Shown: in pieces, positions 49,610-61,973 of the stretch | Layout: each line of letters starts with the position of its first letter | Position numbering within the stretch: the first letter of the stretch is position 1 | Source of the DNA: Octopus sinensis | Lineage: Eukaryota | DNA: 64,000 nucleotides | NCBI RefSeq assembly: GCF_006345805.1 | Contig: NC_042997.1 | Coordinates: 76,074,001-76,138,000, forward strand | Direction of reading: 5' to 3' | Translations under genes and position numbers: made by a program | The notes under the pieces: generated by a model | What the model was told of the DNA's origin: nothing | The model's database searches: none | The model's input: only the letters and a program-made list of their open reading frames with translations

Positions 49610-49885
49610 TATTATTTTGTTATATATATATATATATATAATATATATATATATATAATAAACATATATAATGTGTATATATATTATATAATATACATAT
49701 ATATATATATATATAATATATTATATATATATAATATATATAATATACAGATATAATGTGCATATATATATAATATACGAACAACATGTATATGTATATA
49801 TATAATATACGAACAACGTGTGTATATATATATATGTAATATACATATATAATGTGTGTGTGTGTGTATATATTATATATATATA

Positions 49886-49921
<36 letters not shown>

Positions 49922-50103
49922 GATATTTATATATATATATATATATATCATCATCATCGTGTAACATCCGCTTTCCATGCTAGCATGGGTTGTATGATTT
50001 GACTGAGGCCCGGCGAACCAGACTCCAATCTGATCTGGCAGAGTTTCTACAGCTGGATGCCCTTCCTAACGCCAACCACTCCAAGAGTGTATATACATAT
50101 ATA

Positions 50104-50166
<63 letters not shown>

Positions 50167-50223
50167 TTATATATATATACATTATATATATATATAATGT
50201 ATATGTATATATATATATATATA

Positions 50224-50266
<43 letters not shown>

Positions 50267-50414
50267 ATATATATATAATATACAGATATAATGTGCATAT
50301 ATATATATATACGAACAACATGTATATGTATATATATAATATACGAACAACGTGTGTATATATATATATGTAATATACATATATAATGTGTGTGTGTGTG
50401 TATATATATATAAT

Positions 50415-50460
<46 letters not shown>

Positions 50461-50655
50461 TATTTATATATATATATATATATATCATCATCATCGTGTA
50501 ACATCCGCTTTCCATGCTAGCATGGGTTGTATGATTTGACTGAGGCCCGGCGAACCAGACTCCAATCTGATCTGGCAGAGTTTCTACAGCTGGATGCCCT
50601 TCCTAACGCCAACCACTCCAAGAGTGTATATACATATATATATATATTATATATA

Positions 50656-50688
<33 letters not shown>

Positions 50689-50786
50689 ATATATATATAT
50701 GTACATTATATATATATACATTATATATATATATAATGTATATGTATATATATATATATATATATAATATACATATAACGTGTGTG

Positions 50787-50820
<34 letters not shown>
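49610..50820. repeat. (TA)n field with ~537-bp tandem duplication including two identical RTE tails (49948, 50485)
   Basis: direct inspection. Confidence 0.85.
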
Positions 50821-50822
<2 letters not shown>

Positions 50823-50880
50823 GACCAAAACGCCCCCCCCCCCCACCGTCCAATGGATGGTTCTACGTTATCAAACATTT

Positions 50881-50958
50881 AAACCAAATTTTCTCAAAAC
50901 AACTTGTCCGACCGTCCCATAGGACGGTCGGACAAGTTGTTTTGAGAAAATTTGGTTT
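50881..50958. repeat. perfect 37-bp-arm hairpin with 4-nt loop
   Basis: aaaccaaattttctcaaaacaacttgtccgaccgtcc-cata-ggacggtcggacaagttgttttgagaaaatttggttt. Confidence 0.95.
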
Positions 50959-50959
50959 C

Positions 50960-51432
50960 TGAGACACCAGCAAAAGAAGACATACAGTCATCCTGTGTCT
51001 TAACTTAAATCTGAGACACCAGCAAAAGAAGAAATAAAGATAGACTTTTTTTCTATTCCAAAGAAAAACGATTTTATTCACACAAATATGCAACTGAAGA
51101 GTTTAAAGTACCAGTAATGATAAGGCTGTTGACTGGAAGAACACAAATATGGTTTAAACAGTAAGTTTGGCAGGAATGAACAAAAACAAGCTGTACAAAA
51201 ACAAGAAAAAATGGAAGGTACAATTATGTACAGGTTGTCGGAAGAAAAGCAGGACAAAAACAGCTTTATCGATTGCATTCTCACCTGGAATCTATTTTGG
51301 TAATTTTTTCAAAACTTATACATGCCCTGATACCATTGGTATCTACATATCAAATTTGAGCGCAATCGGATGGAGGATGCCTGAGATCCGAGAAGACACA
51401 CACACAGACAGACAGAATGAATTTTATATAGA
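50960..51432 (-). mobile_element. probable Helitron 5' portion
   Basis: The minus strand starts TC tatataaaattcattctgtctgtctgtgtgtg..., like the 5' ends at 10164 and 43608. No CTAG end was found. Confidence 0.5.
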
Positions 51433-51642
51433 TATATATATATATGTGTGTATATATATAATATATATATATATATAATATATATATATATAAATATAAA
51501 ATATACATATATAATGTATATATATAATATACATATATATATATAATGTATATGTATATATATAAATACATATATATATATAATGTATATATATATATAA
51601 TGTGTGTGTGTATATATATATATATAATATATATATATATAT

Positions 51643-52174
51643 AGCAATAATAATTCTCTAAACGAGGTATATACAGTAACTGCTCCATAACATAAGGGAC
51701 GTTAGCCATCCGAATGTGGCTAGGGACAGGGCAGGGCGGTGGGGGTGTTACTGATGCATTTAGCCCCAGGCGATCATCAATGTCACCAGAAGGGCTGACG
51801 CCATAACGGCGTCCTCTAGCCTGCAAAGGGTGATCATTCCCTGAAGAAGCGGATGCCACATACGGACCCAGGTTTCAAGGTGTTTGCCTATCGTCAACGT
51901 ATGGCAGGCACCGCCCCTCGACGAACGACTCTCTGTGCAGGCTATCTATATAAAGATTTTCACAGTAAATACATTTACTGATGTAGAAAATCTATTCGAC
52001 AGCAATAATAATTCTCTAAACGAGGTATATACAGTAACTGCTCCATAACATAAGGGACATTAGCCATCCGAATGTGGCTAGGGACAGGGCAGGGCGGTGG
52101 GGGTGTTACTGATGCATTTAGCCCCAGGCGATCATCAACGTCACCAGAAGGGCTGACGCCATCACGGCATCCTA
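51643..52174. repeat. partial tandem repeat, period 358 bp (~173-bp direct repeats)
   Basis: agcaataataattctctaaacgagg...ctgacgcca.. at 51643 and 52001, very few mismatches. Confidence 0.9.
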
Positions 52175-54279
52175 ATGGAGAAACACAAAATGTATAAGCA
52201 GATGATGAGTAAAGCACTGGCACAGTTTCGATTACTAATTGTTATCCGTAGATTCATTGTAGGAACTTCATAGTAATAAAATAGATGGATGGAATGAGTA
52301 AAAGAATTTATTTAGTAAGACATATGTTTTGACCAGTTCTGGATCTCTTTGGGTACATAAATAATTAAAAAAATAAAAACTCTCACTAGAGATTTTCTAA
52401 TTTGGTTTTACTTATCGCTATATGTCTATCAACTTTGGGAATGAGAAAAAAACAGAAAAAGTTCAAATATGAACATGAAAATTATACATTCTAGTTTAGA
52501 GAAAATAACGTAATGAGCCATCGTTGTTATAACTGTCAAGAGAGAGAAAAGGAAGTAGAAGTTGAAAGGAAGATAATATTAAGATGAAATTTTTTTTGTA
52601 TTCGTGCTTAGATGCACATATATATACACAGATACATATACATATATATACATATATATATGCACTTATAGATCCACTCTCACACACGCACATCCAAGTG
52701 TATGGGTATATACATACATACATATATGTATAGGAACTCATATATACAGGTACATACTTGTATATATATACAGGTACATGCACATAGCATAAATATGTGA
52801 ATATATTCAAACGTAAAGTGAGATATAGATGTCTGTGCAAAGTTTGACACTCACACACATGTCAATACACTTGCTTATAAACATATGTAAATATATACAC
52901 ACACATACCTACATATATACATACACACACAAACAAATACTTATATGTATGCATATTCACATAGAAGGACGCATCTGCATACATGTATACACAAATTCAC
53001 ATTAATATATACATACACCTACAAAAAATGCAAATGCACACTGATAGAGATGTAGACATGTATATCTCAGCATATATATACATATAAACACATCCACACA
53101 CACATGCACAGATATATGTATATATACATACATATGCACATACACGTACATATATGCATGTATGCAAATATATACATATAAATGTAAATATATATATATA
53201 TACACACCTACATGTATACATATATATATATATATATATATATATCGTCGTTTATATATATATATATATTGTATAATATATTGTTATTAATATCAGGAAA
53301 TCAATATTAGAAAATTCTCCAGAAAGATCTATATGTGTGTAAACTGTTGTATTAAAACTATATATATATATATATATATAAATATATGTAAATATGTATA
53401 AATATAAATATATAATAATAAATATGACAGTTTAAAAATTTCGAAGTTTATCCTCTTTTATTCCTTAGATTTTTAAGGTTCATTCATTATTTTCATTCAT
53501 TCATAAATTAAAATTATGCTAACAATTTTTAGCCAAATAATTTCAATTATCATAGAGTTATATAGAATGTAGATAGAGTAATAAATGGGTAGAATCCAGA
53601 CCTGAAGATCGGGAGTATGTCGCTCTGAGTATTGAAACTAGAGACCTTATATACTGTCATGAAAAATGAGTTGTCTTTAAAATGGAAAGTATGGGATTCT
53701 GAATAAATATAGTAAGTATCATATTTAATATTTTATGGCTCAGTCGGGTATAATATCTTTCAATGTTGATTGAGTTGAGGGTGGTTCTGTCTCTAAAACT
53801 ACTTTTATAAATATGTATTTGTACATATATATATGCATACATACAAAAATGCATATGTATATACGTGTATACTTTTATATATGTGAGCATGTATTTGCAT
53901 ACATATTTTTGTATATTTGTTTGTGTATCCATGTGTATATATTTGTATGTATATTTATACTTATGTAGATCTACATGTAATTTTATGTGTACATTTTTAT
54001 CTGTTCGTTGTGCAAGCCATATGAAGTATCCAAATGTTGTTGGTTACTTTCGGGTGTCATTATGTAGCACACTCTGCCCCTATCTATTTTTCTCTTTCTC
54101 TCGCTAGTTCTGTTTCTCTTTCTTTCATTTATTTTCTTTTTCTTCTTCTCCACTGTTTTGTTCCTCCTCCCCATACTTAATACTCTCTGATTTTTCCTTC
54201 TCTTTCTTTTGCCTGCAACAACTAACTTGTATAAACATACACCATGAGATTTTATGCACATGCATGTGTGTGTGTGTAT

Positions 54280-54324
<45 letters not shown>

Positions 54325-54762
54325 TTTGTATATATATTTATGTCTTGCCTATATATGCCTGTGTATGTATGTACCAATGTACATACATCTGTATGTTTTA
54401 GTTTATATATGTATACTATAGATGGTTTGGTATGTGCATATACTGCTAAATGTATATGTAGTCCGTGAAAATTTTTTAAAACAGATATAACTTTTAATGT
54501 ATCACTTGATTAATATTTTACAAATAATTATTTAGCCTGAGTAGTTTGACTCTGTCCTTCTTTATAAGTTATTTTTGATTTAAGGTGTTCTTCAACTTTA
54601 TATTAAGATGATTTTATACCGAATTTTGTTCATTGCATGCAACCAGTTATTATAAAGACCGTTAGTTGAAAGGACCAATGAAGCAAAACCATTTTCAAAT
54701 GTGTATCCACTAAACTAATTGTATATGCTTGCTTATAACTTTATTTTTGTTCCATTCTAAAC

Positions 54763-54808
54763 AAAACTGTCTGACGAATGGAAACGTGAAACTGAGTAAA
54801 AGTTTTTG
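54763..54808 (+). ncRNA. minimal type I hammerhead ribozyme
   Basis: aaaactgt CTGACGA atg-gaaa-cgt GAAA ctgag TA aaagtttt (one stem I mismatch). Confidence 0.65.
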
Positions 54809-54924
54809 TGATATTTTTGCTTCTTTTTAATAAAGCATATTACTCTACCTCTGGTATTCGAGTACTATTTTTTCCACCTTGATATGTGATTACTCTGGTA
54901 CATACATACATATATATATATATA

Positions 54925-55135
54925 TATGTTTGTGTGTCTGTGTTTGTCCCCACCACCATCACTTGACAACCAATGCTGGTATGTTTACATCCCTGTAACT
55001 TAGCAGTTCAGCAAAAATGACTGATAGAATAAGTACTAGGCTTACAAAGAATAAATTCTGGGGTCAATTTGTTTGATTAAAGGCAGTGCTCCAGCATGGT
55101 CACAGTCAAATAATTGAAACAAATAAAAGGGTAAA
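54925..55135 (+). mobile_element. 3' half of tRNA-derived SINE
   Basis: gtttgtcccc...gatagaataagtactaggcttacaaagaataa...ggcagtgctccagcatgg. Confidence 0.75.
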
Positions 55136-55159
55136 AGAGCTTTTCACTATGAAAATGAA

Positions 55160-55819
55160 TGAAAGGGAACTTCATTTTTTAAATGAACACACACCAATAT
55201 TTAGATATTAGATCTTGCCACCCATTCCATAATAAAAGGAACTTCATATTCAATATGGCAAGATATATGCTCAATAGTTATGGACAAAAATAGATGAGAG
55301 AAAAGACTGGTAGAATTAAATATGTTCCTTCAGAAAGAAAAATACCTGCAAAATTTAGTAAACCATGCTATAACCAAAGCAAGAGAAATTTCAGTCTCTG
55401 TCTTATGGAGAAACCCTCACAATGAGGATGAAAACAAAGCACAAATATTCCATTTACACAAAGAACATATTGCACAAAGAACACCACCTAAGCTACAGAA
55501 ACTGAATTTGGGAGTACTCTGTCATCTACCATATTCACTAGACCTTGCACCAACTGACTATCATATTTTCTAGGCATTAGACAACTTTTTGCAAGGAAAA
55601 AAATTCAAATCAGAAGATGCAAAAACAGCCTCCCGTGATTTCATCACCTCTTGCTCTCCAGAATTCTTTGCTGCTGGCATAAATAAGCTACTGAAAAAAC
55701 GGCAAAATTGTATTGATAATTTAAGTGCATACTTTGATTAACTGCATTGCTTTTTGTTGAGATAAAGTAAAATAAACTTTCAGTTCAAAATTGGATATTT
55801 CATTCTTAATGACCTGATA
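55160..55819 (+). mobile_element. PLE RT-thumb fragment (55160-55395) abutting a mariner C-terminal fragment with 3' TIR (55440-55819)
   Basis: HQYLDIRSCHPFHNKRNF; HLPYSLDLAPTDYHIF..LDNFLQGKKF..GINKL..RQNCID...YFD*. Confidence 0.7.
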
Positions 55820-57615
55820 TCATCATCATCATCATCATTTAGCGTCCGCTTTCCATGCTAGCATGGGTTGGACGGTTCAACTGGGGTCTGTGAAGCCAGA
55901 AGGCTGCATCAGGTCCAGTCTGATCTGGCAGTGTTTCTACGGCTGGATGCCCTTCCTAACGACAACCACTCTGTGTGTGTAGTGGGTGCTTTTTATGTGC
56001 CACCCACACAGGTGCCAGACGGAGCTGGCAAACGGCCACGGACGGATGGTGCTTTTTACGTGCCACCGGCACGGGGCCAGGCAAGGCTGGCAACGGCCAC
56101 GAACGGATGGTGCTTTTTACGTGCCACCGGTACGAGGCCAGTTGGGGCGGCGCTGGCAACGGCCACAAACGGATGGTGGTGCCAGACGAGTCTGGCAAAC
56201 AGCCACGAACGGATGGTGCTTTTTTACGTGCCACCGGCACGGGGGCCAGGCGAGGCTGCCAAACAACCACGAACAGATGGTGCTTTTTACGTGCCACCGG
56301 CACGAGGCCAGTTTGGGCGGTGCTGGCAACGGCCACATTCGGATGGTTCTCTTACGTGCCACTGGCACTGGGAACTCAGCTGCAATTTCCATTGATCGAT
56401 TTCAATTCTAATCCTCACTTGCCTCAACAGGTCTTCACAAGTAGAGTTTTGTGTCCCAAGAAGGGAAGGTATGCATAAGTGGGCTGGTTACATCCCATGT
56501 AGAAGGCCACGGGTTATGGTCTCACTTGTCCTGCCGGGTCTTCTCGCGCACAGCATACTTCCTCAGGTCTCGGTCTCTAGTCATTTCCTCGGTGAGACCT
56601 AAACTTCGAAGGTCATGCTTCACCACCTCGTCCAAGGTTTTCCTGGGTCTACCTCTTCCACAGGTTCCCTCAACCGCTAGGGTGTGGCACTTTTTCACAC
56701 AACTATCTTCATCCATTCTCGCCACATGCCCATACCAGTCCAAACGTCTCTCTTGCACACCACAACTGATGCTTCTTAGGTCCAGCTTTTCTCTCAAGGT
56801 ACTTACACTCTGTTGAGTATGAGTACTAACATTACACATCCATCGGAGCATACTGGCTTCATTTCTTGCGAGCTTACGCATATCCTCAGCAGTCACGGCC
56901 CATGTTTCATTGCCATGTAGCATGGCTGTTCATACACACGCGTCATACAGTCTGCCTTTTACTCTGAGCGAGAGGCCTTTTGTCACCAGCAGAGGTAAGA
57001 GCTCTCTGAACTTTGCCCAAGCTATTTTTACTCTAGCAGTTACACTTTCAGCACACCCGCCCCCGCTGCTGACTTGGTCACCTAGGTAACAGAAGCTATC
57101 AACTATTTCTAGTTTTTCTCCCTGGAAAGTGACAGAAGTTGGTCTCAGAGCATTTTCAGTGTATATTGTTCCTGAGCATCTGCCACATACAAAAACCATC
57201 TTCCTAGTTAGCCTTCCTTTGACATTGCTGCACCTCTTATGTGTCCATAGCTTACACTTGGTGCATCTTATAGAGTTTCTACCTACACTTTTTCTACAGA
57301 TCGAGCAGGGCCATCTACCTGAAGGCGTTTGTGATTTGTCTACCTTCCTGCTGATTACGACTTTGGTTTTAGCTAGATTGACTCTAAGGCCCTTCGATTC
57401 TAATCCTTGCTTCCACACCTGAAACTTCTCCTCCAGTTCTGATAGTGACTCAGCAATTAGAGCAAGGTCATCAGCATAGAGGAGCTCCCAAGGGCATCCT
57501 GTCTTGAATTCCTCCGTTATTGCCTGGAGGACTATGATAAATAAGAGGGGGCTGAGGACTGAGCCCTGGTGGACCCCTACCTCTACCCAGAATTCTTCAC
57601 TGTACTCGTTGCCAA
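55820..57615 (-). mobile_element. 5'-truncated RTE LINE with expanded ~60-bp minisatellite in the 3' UTR
   Basis: ORFs 56930..57673 (LYADD) and 56522..56923; (CAT)n tail; repeat units at 55980-56370. Confidence 0.92.
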
Positions 57616-57638
57616 AAATATATATATATATATATATA

Positions 57639-57787
57639 TAAGAATTTTTTGCGTAATGAGATGAAAAAACCAAGGCTGTATAGATATTAGAGCATTTATA
57701 GATAGAAGCTGTAAGACCTTCTATCTATAAATGCTCTAATATCTATACAGCCTTGGTTTTTTTATCTCATTACGCAAAAAATTCTTA
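57639..57787. repeat. near-perfect palindrome (70-bp arms, 9-nt loop)
   Basis: taagaattttttgcgtaatgag...gatagaag-ctgtaagac-cttctatc...ctcattacgcaaaaaattctta. Confidence 0.95.
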
Positions 57788-58047
57788 CATACACACGCTG
57801 ACATAGAACCAATGTTAAATCCTTTATTCGCAAATTTACCGAATCTGGAACTTAACTATGGTTTGTCTATAGCACTTATTCAGTATTACCTGACACCTTT
57901 GGGTCTCAATGACACCATTATCTCTTATAACCTCAACTTCGCTATAGATATATATATATATATATACTTTATTTAAAGCATATTACTCTACCACTGGTAT
58001 TTGAGTACTCTTTTTTCCACCTTGTTTCACATTTCTGTGTTTACCCC

Positions 58048-58103
<56 letters not shown>

Positions 58104-58109
58104 TATATC

Positions 58110-59015
58110 AGTTGTGGTGTGCAAGAGAGATGACTGCACTGGTATGGTCATGTGGCGAGAATGGATGAGGATAGCTGTGTGAAAAAGTGCCACACCCTTG
58201 CGGTTGAGGGAACCTGTGGAAGAGGTAGAGCCAGGAAAACCTGGGATGAGGTGGTGAAGCACAACCTTCGAACATTAGGCCTCACCGAGGCAATGACTAG
58301 TGACAGAGACCTTTGAAAATATGCTGTGTGTGAGAAGACCCGACAAGACAAGTGAGATCATAACCCGTGGCCTTTACCAAGGGTGTAGCCAGCCCACTTA
58401 TGCGTACCTTTCCTTCTTTGGACACAAAACTATGCTTGCAAAGACCTGTTGAGGCAAGTGAAATCGAAATTGAATTCAAAATCGAACCAAATTCGACGAC
58501 TGGCACCCATGCCAACCTTCCTTCATTGGACACTAAACTCTGCTTGCGAAGATCTGTTGGGGCAAGTGAAATCGAAATTGAACCAAATTCGATGATTAGC
58601 ACCAGTGCCAGTCAAGCACTAACAGCTCCATCCAAGCGGGATCACTGGCAGAGCAGCTGTCTGACTTCCGCACCAGTGGCACGTAAAAAACATCATTTGA
58701 GTGGGATCATTACCAGTGTCACATTACTGGCACTCATGCCGGTGGCACGTGAACAAAATATTTGAGCGAGGTCGTTGCCAGTGCCGCTGGACTGGCTCCT
58801 GTGCAGGTGGCACATAAAAAACACCATTTGAGCGTTGCTGCTGCCAGTACCACCAGACTGGCCCATAAAAGCACCCACTACACTCTCAGAGTGGTTGGCA
58901 TTAGGAAGGGCATCCAGCTGTAGAAACTCTGCCAGATCAGATTGGAGCCTGGTTCACCAGTCCTCAGTCAAATCGTCCAACCCATGCTAGCATGGAAAAC
59001 GGACGTTAAATGATG
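58110..59015 (+). mobile_element. RTE LINE 3' fragment
   Basis: WYGHVARMDEDSCVKKCHTLAVEGTCGRGRARKTWDEVVKH, 3' UTR, tail. Confidence 0.9.
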
Positions 59016-59044
59016 ATATATATATATGTATGTATATATATAAA

Positions 59045-59912
59045 TAAAAAAACGAAACAAGAATGTAACAGATGACAATTAAAACATACAGACTGATGGA
59101 CGATACAAAGATGGAAAGGAAAACCAGGACAGAACAATTGTGAGTTTCTATTCATCAGTCAAGCTTCCAATCATCACTACAGTTTTGGCCTGTTACACTT
59201 GAGATTGTTCAAAATTGATAGGCCCCAAAAATCTAAGCTAAGGGCATTAAATTTTTGAAAGAAAGTGGGCAAATATGTGTGAAAACACGGACAAAAAAAT
59301 GAGAAAACAGAGATAATGTTACACGATTACAAATAAAAACAAGAATAACAACAGGTGTCTTTCAACTAAAAAGGCAAGTTAAGTTAAGCTGGCGTGTGAA
59401 GTGGAAGCCTTGTGGCAACAAATATAGATGAAAGTCAGGAAACAAGAAAATAAGGTGTGCGAGCGACAATCAGATCAAGAAAGAAAGATCATGCTTGGCT
59501 GAGCACTGACCGCCGCTCGTACAACACCATATTTTCCTGTTTCCTGACTTTCATCTTTGCTCGTTGCTGCAAGGCTTCCACTTCACATGCCAGCTTAACT
59601 TAACTTGTCCTTTTAGCCGAAAGACAACTGTTATTATTATTCTTGTTTGTATTTGTAAACGTGTAACATTTTCTCTGTTTTCTCGTTTTTTTTTTTGTTC
59701 ATGTCGCATATATTTGCCCGGTTTCTTCCAAAAATTTAATGCCCAATGCTTAGATGTTTGGGGCCTTTGAACAGTCTCAAGTGTAACAGGCCGAAACTGT
59801 AGTGATGATTGGAAGCTTGACGAATGTTCCGTCCTGGTTTTCTTGTCTGTCTTTGTATCATACAGCTGTCTGTATGTTTTCATTGTCGTCCGTTACATTC
59901 TTGTTCCATTTT
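59045..59912. repeat. diverged ~400-bp-arm inverted repeat (59045-59452 / 59530-59912)
   Basis: Colinear reverse-complement similarity with substitutions and indels; the loop itself is partly paired (ggtgtgcgagcg/cgctcgtacaacacc). Confidence 0.88.
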
Positions 59913-60019
59913 GGGGATTTATATATTCATATAGCAGCATATGTACACCTTTTGCTCAGCTCATATATATATAAATATATATATATATATGCATACATAC
60001 ATACATACATATAAAAGCT

Positions 60020-60722
60020 TAAATGGCCATGCAGGGCACCGCATTGAAGAATTTTTAGTCAAATGTTTCCATCTTATTACTTACTTATTTTTCATTCCTA
60101 GTACTTATTCTATTGGTCTCTTTTGCTGAACCACTAAGTTTCAGAGAATGTAAATATACCACCACCAGTTGTCAAGAGGTGATGGGAGACAAACAAACGC
60201 ACACACACAAGTTCACTCACAAGGCTTTGGTCAGCCTAAAGTTATAGTAAAAGACACTTGCTCAAGGTGCCATGCAGTGGAACTGAACCCGGAACCATGT
60301 GGCTGGGAAACAAGCTTCTTACCACATAGCCACATCTGCGCCTATACATTTATACATATACATATTCTTTTATTTTTTGACTTGTTTCAGCCATTTAACT
60401 GCCATCATGTTGAAGCACTGCCTTTAGACGAGCAAATCGACTCCAGGATTTATTCTTTGTAAGTCTACTACTTATACTATCAGTCTCTTGCTGAACCGCT
60501 AAGTTACAGGGACGTAAACACACCCAATCACAGAAAGATATACACACACATACATATATACAATGGGCTTCTTCCAGTTTCCTCCTACTAAATCCACTTG
60601 CAAGGCTTTGGTTGACCCGAGGCTATAGTAAAAGACACTTGCCCACAGTGCCATGCAGTGGGACTGAACCTGGAACCATGTGGTTGGTAAGCAAGCTTTT
60701 TACCACACAGCCACTCCTGCGC
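60020..60722 (-). mobile_element. two tandem near-full-length tRNA-derived SINEs (60020-60342, 60375-60722)
   Basis: heads ggcgcag..gtggct.tgtggta; gtcttttactata; tails with agtac..gaataagta. Confidence 0.8.
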
Positions 60723-61610
60723 CTATACATATTTACATATACCAATCTAAACACACATGCACATATTATCACCATTCTGATGGCCAATGTCCACAGTGGT
60801 ATGAACTGGGCCAGACAGCAAAGTTCAATTCAGTTTTTATTTGAAGTTCTGCCTACCTAGGAGGAGATATGTCTCACTACTGTATTCCATTTTGGCACAA
60901 ATTCTATGGATGCTATAAAAGAATATCACTTGATGGTATGTATAGTGCTATAGAGACAATTTAGGTGAAGCCCACCTACAATTAAATATTGCATTATGTT
61001 GCAGCTTTGTAAAAAGGAAAAAGCAGAATATGTCTCATGACACAAATAGGATTTTGTCAAATTTGAAGTTGGAAGTTCTTTAAGAGGTGTGTACATTCAT
61101 TTATTTATTAAACAATTTCCAACTTCAAATGAGAGATAATCCAATTTGTGCCATGAAATGTTTTCCTTTGTATCCTTTTTACTAAGCCCCTAACAACATT
61201 TACTAATGCAAAGGCTACACCTAAATAATCACATAACTATCAGGGAGACTAATCCTAAAATCAAATAATCAGTTATGTTTCACTGTTCGTGTAGAACTTA
61301 TTGAGTTCTACATAGATACGGCTTTAATTATTGTTAAAAAAGTCCATTAGTTTCATATGGGAAATTAAAAAAATTAACAATGCTTTATGGAAAAATTTAT
61401 ATGGGACAAAATCATGTGAATTATCTAAGTCGGGTTATACGAGTTAAAACATTTTTGTTGTTTTTGCTGAGTAAATGACATTACCAAATAATTGGGTACG
61501 TCACCAATTATCAAAGAGCAATGAATTTTTTTTTTATCAATGCCTAAATGAATATTTTTACTTCTACACTGAAGAATTTAAATGAACAAATAATTATATA
61601 AAATACTCAC

Positions 61611-61650
61611 CGCCAGTGAATCCAGAGAGTCTATCAAGGTTAGGGAGAAA
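61611..61650 (-). CDS. EDEM3: 40-bp coding exon of EDEM3-like ER degradation-enhancing alpha-mannosidase (GH47)
   Basis: Minus strand reads ttgcag|T TTC TCC CTA ACC TTG ATA GAC TCT CTG GAT TCA CTG GCG|gtgagt = (x)FSLTLIDSLDSLA. Canonical AG/GT; the phase-0 end matches the next exon. Matches the EDEM-family FSLTLIDxLDxL motif. Confidence 0.85.
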
Positions 61651-61758
61651 CTGCAACAAAAGTAAGAAATTATACAAAAATAAAGAATTAAATCACATTA
61701 ATATAGTTTCAAATTACAAATAGAATTTATGGAATAACGTTCAGTGATTGAAGAGCAA

Positions 61759-61973
61759 TTTGTTACTGTATTTATTTTGAGATGCTGTGTTTCTTTTAAT
61801 TACTTTAAATATAACAAAGAATTTAGTAAAATAACTTAGTTATCATTAAACTAGTGTTAGGAATATAAATTGTGACTAAGGTTTGGTGATATATTCTAAT
61901 GCAAAACTTATGAAAACAAGACATTTGTACTACAGAGCCAGAGCCGGTTTTGGCCGGGTTAGTAACAAAAGGG
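61759..61973. mobile_element. piggyBac-type MITE (left end eroded)
   Basis: ends gtaacaaaaggg|ttaa, matching the TIR of the adjacent piggyBac. Confidence 0.7.

Noticed and set aside
49620-51859. Multiple long Tyr/Ile-rich ORFs (also 27590-27948, 44563-45052, 52496-54468)
   Set aside because: Translations of (TA)n/(TG)n microsatellites.
53595-53650. CTGAAGA...GAAACTAG near a PLE remnant
   Set aside because: Stem II does not abut GAAA, and there is no UH triplet or stem I; at best a heavily decayed motif.
55980-56370. Repeat-spacer pattern resembling a CRISPR array
   Set aside because: The spacers are homologous to each other, the array lies in an RTE 3' UTR in eukaryotic DNA, and there are no cas genes; it is a minisatellite.
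59130-59165. Minus-strand CTGATGA-ATA-GAAA
   Set aside because: No room for stem II and not conserved in the other arm; possibly ancestral HHR decay but unsupported.
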